DNA of 64,000 nt from contig NZ_JBIUTQ010000007.1 in the NCBI RefSeq assembly GCF_044741965.1, positions 1 to 64,000 of the forward strand. Reading direction: 5' to 3'. Below are positions 27,178-37,578 of this stretch, one piece after another (positions within the stretch are counted from its first letter, which is position 1; each line of letters starts with the position of its first letter). Under the pieces are notes generated by a model, which ran no database searches, had not been told where the DNA came from, and saw only the letters and a list, made by a program, of their open reading frames with translations. The position numbers and the translations under genes are program-made. Source of the DNA: Streptosporangium sp. NPDC087985. GTDB lineage: Bacteria > Actinomycetota > Actinomycetes > Streptosporangiales > Streptosporangiaceae.

Positions 27178-27406
27178 CTTCAAACCACTGGAACGTCGAG
27201 TTGCACGAGTGAGTCGCTTTCCGGCAGTTGGGACGGGCTTAGGGCGAACCGAGTTGTTCCACGATCCACTGAACACCATGGTGACGCAAGCGGCCCAGGG
27301 AAGTGTTGCCACATCTGTTGACAGGCGTGGCGGCGCGTAAGCTGTTTCGGCGCCCCGGAGATTGCCGGGGGGCTCCCCACCTCACGCACGGCTAGGAGAC
27401 CAGGAA

Positions 27407-28990
27407 ATGACCGCGATCCTCCAGGAGGCGGCACGGCGCCGCACGTTCGCGGTGATCAGCCACCCCGACGCCGGTAAGTCGACCATGACTGAGGCGCTGG
27501 CGCTGCACGCCTCCGCGATCAGCGAGGCCGGCGCGGTGCACGGCAAGGCCGGCCGCCGCGGTGTGACCTCCGACTGGATGGACATCGAGAAGGCCCGTGG
27601 CATCTCCATCACCTCCGCCGCCCTTCGGTTCGAATACCGAGGGCACATGTTCAACCTGGTCGACACCCCCGGTCACGCCGACTTCTCGGAGGACACCTAC
27701 CGGGTGCTGGCCGCAGTCGACTGCGCGGTCATGCTACTCGACGCGGCAAAGGGCATGGAGCCGCAGACCCTGAAGCTGTTCGAGGTCTGCCGGCACCGGC
27801 GGATCCCGGTCATCACGTTCGTCAACAAGTGGGACCGGCCTGGCCGCGAGGCGCTGGAGCTGCTGGACGAGATCCAGGAGAAGACCGGCCTGCGGCCCAC
27901 TCCGATCACCTGGCCCATCGGCATCGGCGGCTTCTTCCACGGCGTGGTGGACCGGATCGCCGACCGTGCGGTCCGCTACACCCGCACCCCCGGCGGGGCC
28001 ACCAAGGCCATCGAGACGGACCTCCTCCCCGAGCAGGCGCTCGCCGAGCTGGGAGAGGACTGGGAGCGGGCCAGGGACGAGGTCGACCTGCTCTCGGCGA
28101 TCGGCTCCGACCACGACCAGAAGGCGTTCGAGGCGCACGAGTCCACCCCGGTGCTGTTCGGCGCCGCCCTGAACAACTTCGGCGTCGGCCGCCTGCTGGA
28201 CGCCATGGTCGACATCGCGCCCCCGCCGGCGCCCCGTCCCGATGTCAAGGACGACCCGCGCCCGATGGATAAGCCGTTCTCCGGCCTGGTCTTCAAGGTG
28301 CAGGCCAACATGGACCCCTCGCACCGTGACCGGATCGCCTTCGTCCGGGTCTGCTCGGGCCGGTTCGAACGGGGCATGGTGCTGACCCACGCGGCGACCG
28401 GGCGTCCTTTCGCCACCAAGTACGCCCAGTCGGTCTTCGGCCAGGAACGCGCCACGATCGAGGAGGCCTTCCCCGGAGACGTGGTCGGCCTGGTGAACGC
28501 CACGGCCCTGCGCCCCGGCGACACCCTCTACGACGGCCCCGGGGTCGAGTTTCCGAGGATCCCGAGCTTCGCACCTGAGCACTTCTGGACGGCCCGCTGC
28601 CGCGACTCCAGCCGGGCCAAGCAGTTCCGCAAGGGCATCGACCAGATGGAGGCCGAGGGCGTCGTCCAGGTCCTCCGCTCCGACATCCGAGGCGACCAGT
28701 CGCCGGTGCTCGCGGCGGTCGGCCCGATGCAGTTCGACGTGGTCAAGCACCGGCTGGCCGGCGAGTTCAACACCGAGATCGCGATGGACCGGCTCGACTT
28801 CAGCCTGGCCCGGATCACCGATGCCGAGTCCGCGCCGATCCTGGCCCGCCAGCGCGGGGTGGAGGTCTTCACCCGCGCGCTCGACGGGGAGCTGCTGGCG
28901 CTGTTCACCGACGAGTGGCGGATGCGCGGCGTGCTGCGCGACCACCCTGACCTGATGCTCAAGGCACTGCTCGCCGATACCCGCGGCTGA
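27407..28990 (+). CDS. prfC: peptide chain release factor 3 (translational GTPase)
   Basis: RRTFAVISHPDAGKSTMTEALAL (G1), DTPGH (G3), NKWD (G4). RBS GGAGACCAGGA precedes the ATG at 27407. Confidence 0.9.
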   Translation: MTAILQEAARRRTFAVISHPDAGKSTMTEALALHASAISEAGAVHGKAGRRGVTSDWMDIEKARGISITSAALRFEYRGHMFNLVDTPGHADFSEDTYRVLAAVDCAVMLLDAAKGMEPQTLKLFEVCRHRRIPVITFVNKWDRPGREALELLDEIQEKTGLRPTPITWPIGIGGFFHGVVDRIADRAVRYTRTPGGATKAIETDLLPEQALAELGEDWERARDEVDLLSAIGSDHDQKAFEAHESTPVLFGAALNNFGVGRLLDAMVDIAPPPAPRPDVKDDPRPMDKPFSGLVFKVQANMDPSHRDRIAFVRVCSGRFERGMVLTHAATGRPFATKYAQSVFGQERATIEEAFPGDVVGLVNATALRPGDTLYDGPGVEFPRIPSFAPEHFWTARCRDSSRAKQFRKGIDQMEAEGVVQVLRSDIRGDQSPVLAAVGPMQFDVVKHRLAGEFNTEIAMDRLDFSLARITDAESAPILARQRGVEVFTRALDGELLALFTDEWRMRGVLRDHPDLMLKALLADTRG

Positions 28991-29052
28991 TCGTCTGATA
29001 CGGCCTGCGCGGGGCTGCCCAGCGCAGGCCGTACATGGTGAGATATGTCCCT

Positions 29053-30033
29053 ATGAGTATGATCAAATGGGGAATTCTCGCGACCGGTGGGATCGCCGCC
29101 ACGTTCACCGAAGACCTGAAGCTCCTGCCGGACGCCGAAGTGGTCGCGGTCGGATCCAGGTCCGTCGAGTCCGCCCGGACGTTCGCCGACCGGCACGGCA
29201 TCCCCCGCGCCCACGGGAGCTGGGCCGAGCTGGCCGCCGATCCCGGCGTGGACATCATCTACGTCGCCAACACGCAGAACGCCCACTACGACGCCGTGCT
29301 GGCCTGCCTGACCGCGGGCAAGGCCGTACTGTGCGAGAAGGCCTTCACGCTCAACCGGATCCAGGCCGCCAAGCTGGTGGACGTCGCGCGGGAGCGCGGG
29401 CTGTTCCTCATGGAGGCCATGTGGACCCGCTGCATCCCGGCCGTCCGAAAGATCGTGGAGCTGGTCGAGGGGGGAGCGATCGGCCCGGTCACCACCGTCC
29501 ACGCCGACTTCGGGATCTCCGCCGACGTCGGTCCCGAGCACCGGCTCCGCGACCCCGCGCTGGGCGGCGGCGCCCTGCTCGACCTGGGCGTCTACCCTGT
29601 CTCCTTCGCCCACCTCATGCTCGGCGACCCCGCCAAGGTGCAGTCCTGGGCCCGGCTGACCCCCGAGGGCGTGGACGAGAACACCGGCATGCTGTTCGGC
29701 TACGACAGCGGCGCGGTCGCCATGCTCTCCTGCGGCATCACCACCAGCGGCCCGGTCACCGCCTGGATCTCCGGCCCGCTCGGCCGGATCGAGCTGCCGG
29801 GCCCGTTCTTCCGGCCCGACACCTTCACCCTGCACCGCACGGACGCCGAGCCGGAGACCTTCCACGTCCCCTACGAGGGGGCCGGCATGCTGCACGAGGC
29901 CGCCGAGGCCATGCGCTGTCTGTGCGAGGGCCTGCTGGAGAGCCCGCTCGTGCCCTGGCAGGCGACTCTTGACGTGATGGGTCTGCTGGACGAGGTCCGT
30001 GCGCAGGTGGGGGTGCGCTTCCCCGGCGAGTGA
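29053..30033 (+). CDS. Gfo/Idh/MocA-family NAD(P)-dependent oxidoreductase
   Basis: MSMIKWGILATGGIAATF...EKAFTLN is the family signature. The start is ambiguous among 29035, 29053 and 29059. Confidence 0.8.
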   Translation: MSMIKWGILATGGIAATFTEDLKLLPDAEVVAVGSRSVESARTFADRHGIPRAHGSWAELAADPGVDIIYVANTQNAHYDAVLACLTAGKAVLCEKAFTLNRIQAAKLVDVARERGLFLMEAMWTRCIPAVRKIVELVEGGAIGPVTTVHADFGISADVGPEHRLRDPALGGGALLDLGVYPVSFAHLMLGDPAKVQSWARLTPEGVDENTGMLFGYDSGAVAMLSCGITTSGPVTAWISGPLGRIELPGPFFRPDTFTLHRTDAEPETFHVPYEGAGMLHEAAEAMRCLCEGLLESPLVPWQATLDVMGLLDEVRAQVGVRFPGE

Positions 30034-30035
30034 GT

Positions 30036-30385
30036 CTGTGTGGTGCGGGGTTTTCGCCGTGCGCGCTGCGGTGGGTGTGCTGGTTTGCCGGTGTTCGCGC
30101 TGCGGTGGGCGGGTGTTCCGGCCGGCCGTCTCAGTTGCGGCCCGGTGTTTCAGGCCTCCGGCCTGGCGGGCGCGACGGTCGCGGTCCTTTGATACGCCGG
30201 CCGGAACACCCACCCACCTCCGCGCCACGCCTGCCTCGCCGTACGGCCCGCACGCCGTAGCCGCTCGCTTCCGGGCCGCCCAGCGGGCTCACTGACGCTG
30301 AAGCAATCCGTTCGAGGCCGTTCAGGTTGATCGCCGTAGCTGAAGCCTCACCGACGAAAGGAGCGCATGGCGGGGCGCCTTATTA
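30036..30385. repeat. copy 1 of a ~350-bp dispersed repeat with internal palindromic sub-repeats (MITE/REP-like)
   Basis: About 95% identical to the reverse complement of 52635..53035. It contains sub-units cgcgctgcggtgggYgggtgttccggccgg in direct and inverted orientation. Confidence 0.8.
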
Positions 30386-30464
30386 TCACTACTTTTCGTT
30401 ATGACGTTGTTGCAGTGCGTTGCGAACGGCCGTGGACGCGGCCCGACAGGCACCGGAGGTGCCC

Positions 30465-30932
30465 ATGCGACGTATCAGAACCAGAGTAGGCATTCCTGCG
30501 GCGGCGGCACTGCTCGCCCTTCTTACCGTGGCCCCACCCGCCGTGGGAGAGCAGGCCGGCGGGGCGACCTCGCGTGCCGCGGCCGAGGACGCCTACTTCG
30601 AGTTCGCCGCCCCGCCGAACTCCAAGGAGTTCGTCATCAAACTCACCGACCCCGTCATGATCCGGAATGCCAGGGACATCCTGAGCGGTAAGGAGACGAA
30701 CGCGGTCCATGTCATGGGGAGAATCGTCAAGCGCCCCGCCCCGTACAACCCCGGCTGGAGCTTCTCCTACGACCCGGCGACGATCTCGTTCTTCGCCTTC
30801 GCCATCGAGGTGTGCGACGCGTCGACGATGTACGTCGAGGACCACCTCGACGAGGCGGGTGGCGCGTTCCTGCCCGGCAACTTCTGGTGCCCCTGGTCCT
30901 CGCGACTGACGCGGGAGATCCCGGCGCCGTGA
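30465..30932 (+). CDS. secreted hypothetical protein
   Basis: The ATG follows GGAGGTG. Signal peptide [28 protein letters not shown]. 155 aa with no recognisable family. Confidence 0.55.
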   Translation: MRRIRTRVGIPAAAALLALLTVAPPAVGEQAGGATSRAAAEDAYFEFAAPPNSKEFVIKLTDPVMIRNARDILSGKETNAVHVMGRIVKRPAPYNPGWSFSYDPATISFFAFAIEVCDASTMYVEDHLDEAGGAFLPGNFWCPWSSRLTREIPAP

Positions 30933-31216
30933 GGCACCGCGCGGCGGACCGGCCTCGCGCACGCGAGGCCGGTCGCGGCCGGTGGAGCGGACCAGACTAC
31001 GGGCCGACGGCGCTCTCCTGGTCTTGTGCATGAAGGTTCCGCGTCCGCCACGGTGGTGCCAGATTCTCTGGCCCTCACATCACGACCACCACCCCGCCGG
31101 CACGTGCCTTTCCGGCCATTGCAGGGCCGAGAAGGGCCGAGGGGTAGGGCTGGGCGGGACTGACGGCAGGTGACAGCCTTGTCGGGGGGATGCCTGTCGG
31201 CCGGTGGTCGTCGTGG

Positions 31217-31705
31217 TCAGTTACGTGGGGTTGGGGTGTGGGGGAGGTGGAACCAGACGGCGTTGCCGGCATGGTCGTGTTGGTGGGTGCCCCAGGCGGT
31301 GGCGAGGAGGTCGACCAGGAGCAGGCCGCGTCCGCCGTCGCTGTCGAGGTCGCCGGCGCGGATGAAGGGCAGGCTGGTGGCCGAGCCGTCGTCGATGACC
31401 TCGATGTGGACGGTGGTGGCGTCGGTGCCGATACAGATCATGACTGAGCCGTTGGGGGTCCGGCCGGAGTCGGAATGGAGGACGGCGTTGGTCATGACCT
31501 CGCTGAGGAGGAGCGCTACGTCGTCGAGGGTGAGGTCGCTGGTTCTGCCTGTCAGGAGGTCGCGGGTCCACTGGCGGGCGGTGGCGACGGCGGTGGGGGC
31601 GGCGGAAAACTCGGCGTGGCCGAGCAGGTGCAGGGTGGCCCAGTGGGTGGAGATGGCCTGGTGACGTTCATAACGGCAAACGGCCGTCTGTCCTGGGGTC
31701 TTCAT
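31217..31705 (-). CDS. HATPase_c (RsbW/anti-sigma-kinase-like) ATP-binding protein partner of the XRE-DUF397 module
   Basis: 162 aa. LSEVMTNAVLHS...GGRGLLLVDLLATAWG has the N-box and G-box of GHKL ATPases. It is divergent from the XRE gene. Confidence 0.65.
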   Translation of the reverse strand: MKTPGQTAVCRYERHQAISTHWATLHLLGHAEFSAAPTAVATARQWTRDLLTGRTSDLTLDDVALLLSEVMTNAVLHSDSGRTPNGSVMICIGTDATTVHIEVIDDGSATSLPFIRAGDLDSDGGRGLLLVDLLATAWGTHQHDHAGNAVWFHLPHTPTPRN

Positions 31706-32242
31706 GCGATCGCTGCCGAGACGATGACGTCGGCGACGTTGTCGGCTTCGGCGCAGATGCATTGGCCGGGGCGCCAGAGCCGCGCCCACCAGGGCCTCCA
31801 GACGAAGACCCAGCCACGGGCGTGGCGGGCGGCGGTGATGCGGATACGCCGGTCGCCTGCGGACAGAACCTCCAGAACCGGTGGTCCGCTGGTGGGCAGC
31901 ACCAGTGAGGTGCCGACGCCGAGGACTCTGAGGTCCCAGCCCAGCCGTACCAGATAAATGAACTGCTCTTGTGGCGGGTTGCGCACGTCCATAGCTCGGC
32001 TCCCGAGTTTGCTGGCATACGACGGGTGGTCCCACGGGGTGAACGTCAGCCGCGCGGCTTTTCGAGGTCACAGGCATGTGACTCTTGGTTTCCAACTGTT
32101 CACACGTGGTGTACCGACATGATGGGCGCAACCCGGGCTGTCCGGCAATACGAATGTCAATATTGCCAATATGACGATGGGAGCTTGCCCAACCTCGCAG
32201 GGTGACGGCAGACTTGCGATCTCGACTCAGGGGAGAGCCAGC

Positions 32243-33103
32243 GTGGGCGCCGAGCAACCAGCTACCATCCGAACTCGAAGGCTGGCGACCGAACTGCGCC
32301 GCCTACGGGAAATCGCCGGCCTGACGGGCGATCAAGCGGCCAGGTCACTGGGGTGGAACCCTTCCAAACTCAGCCGTTATGAGACAGCCACAAGGCGGGT
32401 GCAGCCGAAGGATCTCCAGGCACTTCTCGACCTCTACGCACTCCCCGAAGACAGACGGCAGGACCTCGTGGACCTGGCGAAGAACGCCCGGTTCAAAGGG
32501 TGGTGGGACGCTTACGGCGACACGTTTCCCACTGAACTCGCCACTTACATCGCCTTGGAAGCTGAAGCTGCGGCGATCCGGGGGTTCTCAGCTCAGATCG
32601 TTCCGGGAATGCTCCAAACGGACGAGTACGCGCGGTCCGTCATCCGCTCCGGTCTGATGGATCTTGCACCCCGAGGTGAGACCGAGCGTCGGGTGGAAGC
32701 ACGCAAGACCCGGCAAAGGCTCCTCAGGAGGGAGGTCGGCCCTCTCGATTACTCGGTCATCATGAGCGAGGCGGCCTTGCGGAACAGGATCGGCTCTTCG
32801 GAGGACATGCGCGCTCAGTGCCGCCATCTGATGGACCTGGCCCAGCTCCCCAACGTGACCGTCCAGATCATCCCCTTCACTTCCGGCGCTCACCCCGCGA
32901 TGGCGGGAACCTTCTCCATCCTCAGTTTCCCTGCCCGCTACGACGAGGACGTGGTCTACATCGAGACCATGACCAGTAACCTCTGGGTAGAGGACGAAAA
33001 TGACGTACACCGCTATACACTCGTATTAGATCATCTTCGCACGATTGCCTACGGGATCGATGAATCCCTCTCTTTCCTGGCGACGATGGCCGACCAGCTT
33101 TGA
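32243..33103 (+). CDS. XRE-family HTH regulator with DUF5753 (Scr1-type)
   Basis: The GTG start follows GGGGAGAG. RRLATELRRLREIAGLTGDQAARSLGWNPSKLSRYE is the HTH. The DUF5753-like C-terminus is typical of the Streptomyces XRE/DUF397 pairs. Confidence 0.8.
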   Translation: MGAEQPATIRTRRLATELRRLREIAGLTGDQAARSLGWNPSKLSRYETATRRVQPKDLQALLDLYALPEDRRQDLVDLAKNARFKGWWDAYGDTFPTELATYIALEAEAAAIRGFSAQIVPGMLQTDEYARSVIRSGLMDLAPRGETERRVEARKTRQRLLRREVGPLDYSVIMSEAALRNRIGSSEDMRAQCRHLMDLAQLPNVTVQIIPFTSGAHPAMAGTFSILSFPARYDEDVVYIETMTSNLWVEDENDVHRYTLVLDHLRTIAYGIDESLSFLATMADQL

Positions 33104-33132
33104 TCATCGATCTGTTGGAAGGGAGCCGCGGG

Positions 33133-33366
33133 ATGCCCTCCGAGCAAGCCGTGTGGCGGACCAGCAGCTTGAGCGCCAACGGTGCTGACTGTGTACAGGT
33201 CGCCGTGGTCGATGGTTCCAGCACCTCAGATCGCGAGGCAGGTACCAGCCTGTTTCTGGTCCGCGACTCCAAGAACCCCGACGGCCCCCGGCTCCGATTC
33301 AGCCCTGACGGGTGGGCGGTCTTCGTCGACGGCATCAAAGCCGGCGATTTCGACAGCCTTGGATAA
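33133..33366 (+). CDS. DUF397 protein (Scr2-type)
   Basis: WRTSSLSANGADCVQVA...DSKNPDGPRLRF...WAVFVDGIKAGDFD. The ATG lies 7 nt after GGAAGGGAG. It sits immediately after the XRE gene. Confidence 0.75.
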   Translation: MPSEQAVWRTSSLSANGADCVQVAVVDGSSTSDREAGTSLFLVRDSKNPDGPRLRFSPDGWAVFVDGIKAGDFDSLG

Positions 33367-33984
33367 TCGCCTTACCTGGCGGATGGCGGTAGGGGGCGAG
33401 GTTGCGCTCCCAGCGGCGACGGCCCTCTGTTCGGCTTATCTGAGCTCCCGGCAGGACACCGGAGGCCTCAGAGTCTGACAGAGATGGCTGGGAGCGCTCG
33501 CCGAGCAGCTCGAACAGCACTACGGCAGCGCCTACACCCTGATCGCCTATCTCAAGGGCACTGGCGGGAAGCTGATCCGCCGACTGGTCCGCAACGGTGC
33601 GTTGCTTTCGATGGTCGACCAGGTCCACTGGAAACTGCTCGCTGATCTGCTGGGAATCTCCGACAACGCCGCCGCCTCTAGGGGCCCAGGACGACTCCAC
33701 CCCTCGTGAGCTGGGGGTGGCTTCCCAATGCCGTCACGGCCTTGGCCTTGTCCTTCATGACGCCGTCCTCGGCACGAGGAACGATGGCTCGGCATGGCTC
33801 GCGACGCACTCGGCCGCGACCGTCGCCCTCGGCCTGTACCTGCGAAGAGGGCGGCGGTCGATCCTGCTACATGAGCAGGCCGGTGAGATCCGTTTGATCA
33901 TGCATAGGCCGCTGTCCCGGCCGGGCCTCCATGATGCAGACAGAGTCTGGTCACGTACGGAGAGAGCGACAGGGCGGACCTGTC

Positions 33985-34021
33985 GGTGCTTCCACGTGAG
34001 ATCACCTCACGTGGAAGCACC
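33985..34021. other. perfect 16-bp-stem palindrome (ggtgcttccacgtgag-atcac-ctcacgtggaagcacc) spanning the PepSY gene stop
   Basis: Read directly. It is probably the terminator/3' stabiliser of the minus-strand PepSY gene. Confidence 0.6.
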
Positions 34022-35425
34022 GGCGGACCCCCTGGACGGCCTTCCCCTGAGTAGTCCGAGCAGCACGTCGACGACGAGGAATGCGGCCAGGGAGATCCCG
34101 AGGAGCGGCAGGAACAGCCCGACCGCCACGGCCACCGCAGCCAGAGCCGGAAGCACGGCCCGAGGGACCTGCCGCCACGTGCCGCGGGGATAGGGACGGC
34201 CGAAGCGTTTCTGGGTGGGACGGCGCTGCCACCACATGCGGTAGCCGTACACGATGAGGAAGACGAGCCCGATCGCCAGCGCGCCCACGACGATCTGGTT
34301 GGCCAAGCCGAACAGCAGGCCCATGTGGCCGTCGATACCCCAGCGGGTGAGCTTGGCGGCCAGCGGGAAGTCGGCGAAACGCAGTTCGTCGGTGACCTGG
34401 CCGGTGGCCGGGTCGACGGCGACCTGGTCCAGCCGCTGCGGCCACTCCTTGTCGATCTCCTTGACCACGTAGGCGTCGGCGGGCTTGCTCGGCCAGACGA
34501 TTTCCAGCGGCCCGGACAGCCCCTTGCCCGCCGCGGCCTGGACGATCTGGTCCACTGAGGCGTCTTCAGCGGATTCGGAGGGCATGTGCCCCGCGTGGTC
34601 CGCGTGATCGCCGGTGGCGGCGGAGACCGAGGGCGTCGTCCAGCCGAGCGCCGCGCGCAGCTCGTCGACGTTCTCGCCCGCGTACTTCGACCAGGTCAGC
34701 CCGGTGGCGGACAGGAAGAGCAACCCTGCGGCCACCCACAGGCCCACTGATCCGTGCCAGGACAGTGTGCGCCGCCGCCCGGTGAGCGTGCGGTCCGGTG
34801 CGATGATCGCGCGCAGCCGGCGTACGGGGCGGCGGCGGCCCAGCCACAGCAGGACGCCGCCCAGCGCCACCACCCACAGCCAGCTGGCGGCGAGCTCACT
34901 GTAGATGCGTCCTGGTTCACCAAGGAGCAGGGTGCGGTGCAGGTTGGAGATCCAGGTGCGCAGCGGCAGCGCACCGGAGCTGCCGTAACTCTCTTCTGCG
35001 CCGCGGATCTGTCCGGTGTGGGGGTCGACGAAGACGGCCAGCCGGAGCCCTTCCTCCAGTTCGGGCACGTTGAGCAGGACCTGTGTGGTCCTGCCGGGCT
35101 CGGCCGGCGTACGGACGGCGCTGATGGTTCCTTCGGGGTGGGCGGCCCGGGCGGCGGTGATCTGCTGGGACAGCGGCAGTGTGGTCGCCCCGACCGGCGC
35201 GGTCAGCTCGTGAGCATAGACCAGTCTCTCCAGCTGGAAGGAGGTCGCGTACAGCAGTCCGGTGGTCGCGGCCACCAGCAGGAACGGCGCGATGAGGATT
35301 CCGGCGTAGAAGTGCAGGCGCAGCACCAGCGGGCGGATCGCCGCCCAGCCGGACCGCCTGGACGAGGCGGACGCATCGGGATCGGGAGAGACTCGGGCGG
35401 GCTGGGTCTCAAGGTCGGATGTCAT
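34007..35425 (-). CDS. PepSY-associated TM-helix membrane protein
   Basis: 472 aa. It has multiple TM helices (HFYAGILIAPFLLVAATTGLLY, WLWVVALGGVLLWLG, GLVFLIVYGYRMWWQRR) and a His-rich periplasmic segment. RBS GGAGAA is present. Confidence 0.8.
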   Translation of the reverse strand: MTSDLETQPARVSPDPDASASSRRSGWAAIRPLVLRLHFYAGILIAPFLLVAATTGLLYATSFQLERLVYAHELTAPVGATTLPLSQQITAARAAHPEGTISAVRTPAEPGRTTQVLLNVPELEEGLRLAVFVDPHTGQIRGAEESYGSSGALPLRTWISNLHRTLLLGEPGRIYSELAASWLWVVALGGVLLWLGRRRPVRRLRAIIAPDRTLTGRRRTLSWHGSVGLWVAAGLLFLSATGLTWSKYAGENVDELRAALGWTTPSVSAATGDHADHAGHMPSESAEDASVDQIVQAAAGKGLSGPLEIVWPSKPADAYVVKEIDKEWPQRLDQVAVDPATGQVTDELRFADFPLAAKLTRWGIDGHMGLLFGLANQIVVGALAIGLVFLIVYGYRMWWQRRPTQKRFGRPYPRGTWRQVPRAVLPALAAVAVAVGLFLPLLGISLAAFLVVDVLLGLLRGRPSRGSAGAST

Positions 35426-35503
35426 CGGGATGTTTCTCCGTTTTACAGGGATGTGCAAGCCGACAGGCACACATCACCAAGGCAGGGGCAAACGAGCCGG
35501 AAG

Positions 35504-36042
35504 TCACGGTTGGGTCCGATCCCAGGCGATGGACAGGGAGTCGACGCCGTAGACAATCGAGATCTTCCGGAAGGCGATCTCCTCGGCCGGTACGGCCAGG
35601 CGCAGGGTGGGGAAGTGGCGCAGCAGCGCGGGGGAGGCGATGCGCATCTCCATCTGGGCTAGCGGCGCGCCGACGCACCGGTGGATGCCGTGCCCGAAGG
35701 CGAGATGGGAGACCACCTCGCGGCCGGGGCGGCGCTGTCGATGCCTGGGCCGAGCGCGGGGTCGCGGTTGGCTCCGGTCAGCGAGCACAGCACCATCGGT
35801 CTTTGCGTTCGCGGGTGACCAGCTCCGTTAGGTAGGCCATCAAGTCGTTGACCGCCTGGAGTGAGACCTCGGGGCCCGCGGAGAGGTCGAACCGGTCGGT
35901 GCTCAGGCGCAGGAAGTCGGCGCGGTCGGCGTAGGGCACGCCCAGCAGCTCGCAGACCACCAGCGAGGGGATGGGGAGCGCGAAGGACTACATCAGGTCG
36001 GCCGGGGAGCCTGATCTCTCGGGGGAATTCTGTTTCTGACAT
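35504..36042 (-). pseudogene. cytochrome P450 3' remnant (frameshifted, N-terminal ~60% missing)
   Basis: Three frames carry successive P450 C-terminal motifs: ELLGVPYADRADFLRL, ANRDPALGPGIDS (ANRDP...FPDP-like), and the heme loop FGHGIHRCVGAPLAQME. Lower-GC non-coding DNA lies upstream (36043-36369). Confidence 0.7.
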
Positions 36043-36369
36043 CGATCAGATCCTCATCGTCATGCAGTCGGGCGCCGTGGCGCTGGTGGGGGCGTCGGAC
36101 CCGCGAAGAGCCGGACACCCTCCTCTTTCAGGGCTTTACGGTGCACAAACTCACGACATCAGTAGTCGTATCAGGACTAGAGGTAGTTCCAGATCTGCAT
36201 CAATGGTTGTAGATCGCACCCGGCAGCCCCTCAGGGGAGAGAATCGAGCGATGGGAGCGCAACGGTCTTCGCTGCCTCCACGGCCGGACATCCGCGTCCG
36301 ACGCTCTGGTTCCAGCGAAGGGTTGACGGAAGCCGGGTGCGATATCGCGGTGAAAGGGCTTGAACTCTG

Positions 36370-37578
36370 TCAGGCGAGGAGAGTCTCTCCGATCCATCCG
36401 CCGGCGGAGCAGCCCGGCGGGATGGCGAACACGGCCGAGCCGATCGGGGTCGTCCACTCGTTCAGCAGGTCGCCCTCGGCCAGTCTCTTCTGGACGGGAA
36501 TGAACTGCCGGGTGATGTCGGCCTGGTAGGAGGCGAACAGCAGTCCGGAGTCGGCGTGTCCTTCGGGGGTGAGTCCTTCGTCGTAGTTGTAGACCCGGCG
36601 CAGGATCCGCATGCCCGGGTCTGCGACGTGGGCCCGGCGGATGTGGGCGTATTCGGAGATGACCGGGAAGCCGAGCGCGTTCAGCCTGTCGAAGTCCGGC
36701 TCGTCGTGCTCCTGCTGCCCGGTCAGCGGGGCGCCGGTGTCCAGGCGGCGGCCAACCGTGAACTCCTTGGCCACCCGGTCGGCGGCGTCCCACGTCTCCA
36801 GCCCCATGCGGATGCGCCGCAGCACCAGGGTGGTGCCGCCGCGCAGCCACTGCGGGCCGTCGTTGACCCAGATGGCCCGGTCGAAGTCGGGCGTGCCCGG
36901 TTGAGGGTTGACGGTCCCGTCGAGCTGGCCCATGAGGTTGCGCTGGGTCATGCCGGGAGCCATGGTGTGCGCGCTGCGGCGGAATCCCCGCTGGGTCCAG
37001 CGCACCCGGGCGAAGGAGCGGGCGTCCTTGACCGTCATACGCAGGGCGTGGGCGAGGGTGACGGCGTCGTCGGCGCAGATCTGCAGCAGCAGGTCCGCAC
37101 CGGTCCACCGCTTCTCCAGCTTGTCGATCACGAACCCCGGAAGGGGCGCTATCGACTCCGGCCGCTGGTCCTCCACTCCGGCTGCCCTGAAAAGGCCGGG
37201 GCCGAAGCCGAAGGTGACGGTCAGCCGGGAGGGGAGCGTGGCCAGCTCCGGTTCGGTGTCGGCCAGGGCGGCCCGGCCCTCGGTCAGGCGGCGGGCGTCG
37301 TCGGTGAGCAGGCGCATCATGCGTACGGCGGCTTCGCGGCCGGTGTCCGGTAGCAGGTCCAGGCCGACGAACACGGCGTGAGCCTGCGGGATCGTGGCGA
37401 TCCCGGCCTGGTGGACGCCGTGGAAGGGCTCGGTGGCCGAGCCGTCGGGGAGCGGGGGAGCGGTTTCGGACGTGGTCGTGGATATGGCCTGCTGGGGGGC
37501 ATATGCCACGAGGGCACCGGCCGCTGCGGCGGCGCCCCCCGTGAGCAAGCCCCGCCGTGTCAGTCGGGGTTGCCGCAT
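36370..37578 (-). CDS. Tat-secreted DyP-type peroxidase (EfeB/deferrochelatase-like)
   Basis: Twin-arginine leader MRQPRLTRRGLLTGGAAAAAGA. The Dyp signature is present (FGFGPGLF, RxxxGF...D). Its ATG overlaps the PCuAC stop (TGATG). Confidence 0.85.
   Translation of the reverse strand: MRQPRLTRRGLLTGGAAAAAGALVAYAPQQAISTTTSETAPPLPDGSATEPFHGVHQAGIATIPQAHAVFVGLDLLPDTGREAAVRMMRLLTDDARRLTEGRAALADTEPELATLPSRLTVTFGFGPGLFRAAGVEDQRPESIAPLPGFVIDKLEKRWTGADLLLQICADDAVTLAHALRMTVKDARSFARVRWTQRGFRRSAHTMAPGMTQRNLMGQLDGTVNPQPGTPDFDRAIWVNDGPQWLRGGTTLVLRRIRMGLETWDAADRVAKEFTVGRRLDTGAPLTGQQEHDEPDFDRLNALGFPVISEYAHIRRAHVADPGMRILRRVYNYDEGLTPEGHADSGLLFASYQADITRQFIPVQKRLAEGDLLNEWTTPIGSAVFAIPPGCSAGGWIGETLLA

Noticed and set aside
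30030-30260. 76-aa ORF (and its 72-aa twin at 52764..52982) inside the dispersed repeats
   Set aside because: The conservation is at nucleotide level, with palindromic sub-repeats. The products are Gly/Arg/Pro-rich with no start context. They are repeat-encoded artefacts rather than genes.
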